Assembly (NCBI GenBank): GCA_013239625.1
Contig: MU053652.1
Span: 3,337,902-3,401,901 of the forward strand
Direction: 5' to 3'
DNA: 64,000 nucleotides
DNA from: Lama guanicoe
Taxonomy: Eukaryota
Shown here: one piece after another, positions 62,877 to 64,000 of the stretch
Position numbering within the stretch: position 1 is the stretch's first letter
Layout of the letters: each line of letters starts with the position of its first letter
Notes under the pieces: model-generated
The model's input: only the letters and a program-made list of their open reading frames with translations
Database searches by the model: none
Told to the model about the DNA's origin: nothing
Position numbers and translations under genes: made by a program

Positions 62877-64000
62877 CTGTAGAAGGAAAAAGAGGCCAGA
62901 AAATGACCCTCCTGCCCACCAGCATCTCCTCTCACCTCTCCTCTGCCCAGCTCGTTCCTATTCATTTAATCCATTGAAGATCATTCAGAGACTAAATGTT
63001 CCTGAGGGCACCATCTATTTACCAGGCTTCTCCAAGCTTAATTGGTTGGCTGGTGGGCCCAGCCACAGCTCTGGGTAGTTTGAGCCACTCCAGGGTTAGA
63101 AGCAAATGGGAAGGGGAAACAATTGGTATTGTGAATTATAATGCCAGTGTGATTAGAGATAATATTATGTCTCTTGAAAGACCTCAAATGGTATCCCAAC
63201 AGAGAGACAAAAGTGCATGAACCAGCCTGTTCTAGCTGATGCAATAAATGAAATCCATTTTAAAGTGAGGAACAGAGGGGTTCACTATAGCTCTTTGTAA
63301 ACAGCACGGAATGAATTCTGGCCGCTGCCATTCAGTGTGGGGCCTCCTTGGGTCAGAGCTTCGTGTTAATGAAGCCAGGGTCTCCATCAGTTGCTAAATA
63401 ATCTAAAGTTATGTAGATTACCATACAGCAACCAGCTCAGTGGAACATCTTCTCCCACTGGTAATTTTACCATTGGTATAAAACTGCGATCTTCAGGGCT
63501 TGTGTGGAGCTAAGGGTTTGACAAATTCTAGGCACCATCAGTTGTTCCATGGTTCGTATCTCCAAATTCCTTTTTATTCATTTGGCTGGATTATTTATGT
63601 AATTTATGTCACTGCCATAAATTCTCTACCTCTTTTGCCAATACAGACCTGAAATCTGTTAGAAATATCTGGAAATTAGGCTTTGTGCAGCCAAGGATCA
63701 TAGACCGGGCTTAAAATTACATCAAACCTAAAATTAGCTTCCTAGATTGCTTTTCCAATAAGCACCCCTAAAAAGCAGAATAGAATTTGCCCATTCCAAT
63801 TTGTCTTACTATTAACAGAAGATGGGAATGGAGGCAAAAGACTACAGCCACTTGAGAGCTTTCTGGAACACTAACTGCCTCTCCCCTCTTCTTGATCCTG
63901 CCTTTCAGTCAAAACTTGGAATGGGATGAGCTGCTTCTAACTCCCCACAAATCAGCAGAAGCAGGGGACTCTCTGTTAGACCACACTCGAACCCGGGTAG

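Overview
This is mammalian genomic DNA, most likely camelid (Camelus/Vicugna/Lama), based on a Vic-1-like tRNA-derived SINE and no recognisable Alu, B1/B2, Bov-A/BovB or PRE1 elements. It covers part of the tandem carboxypeptidase A (M14A) cluster, with all genes on the minus strand. CPA1 contributes its promoter and coding exons 1-6 (182-2734) and runs off the left edge. CPA5 is complete: 11 coding exons, 11952-31007, 1311 nt, 436 aa plus stop. CPA4 contributes its last six coding exons (53883-62876) and starts beyond the right edge. I read all exons by hand: boundaries are GT-AG, frames are open, and the zinc/catalytic residues are intact. The rest is intron or intergenic DNA rich in L1, L2, MIR, MaLR/ERV LTR and DNA-transposon relics; subfamily names come from recalled consensus similarity and their coordinates are approximate. 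I found no new multi-gene system. The most notable observations are: a remodelled substrate pocket in CPA4 (Thr255, Ala268, Ile243, plus two Gly>Arg changes); three in-frame ATGs and a short uORF in the first coding exon of CPA5; a four-level nested transposon stack that includes a ~45-nt L1 insertion with a perfect target-site duplication; and a CpG-rich L2 relic inside CPA5.
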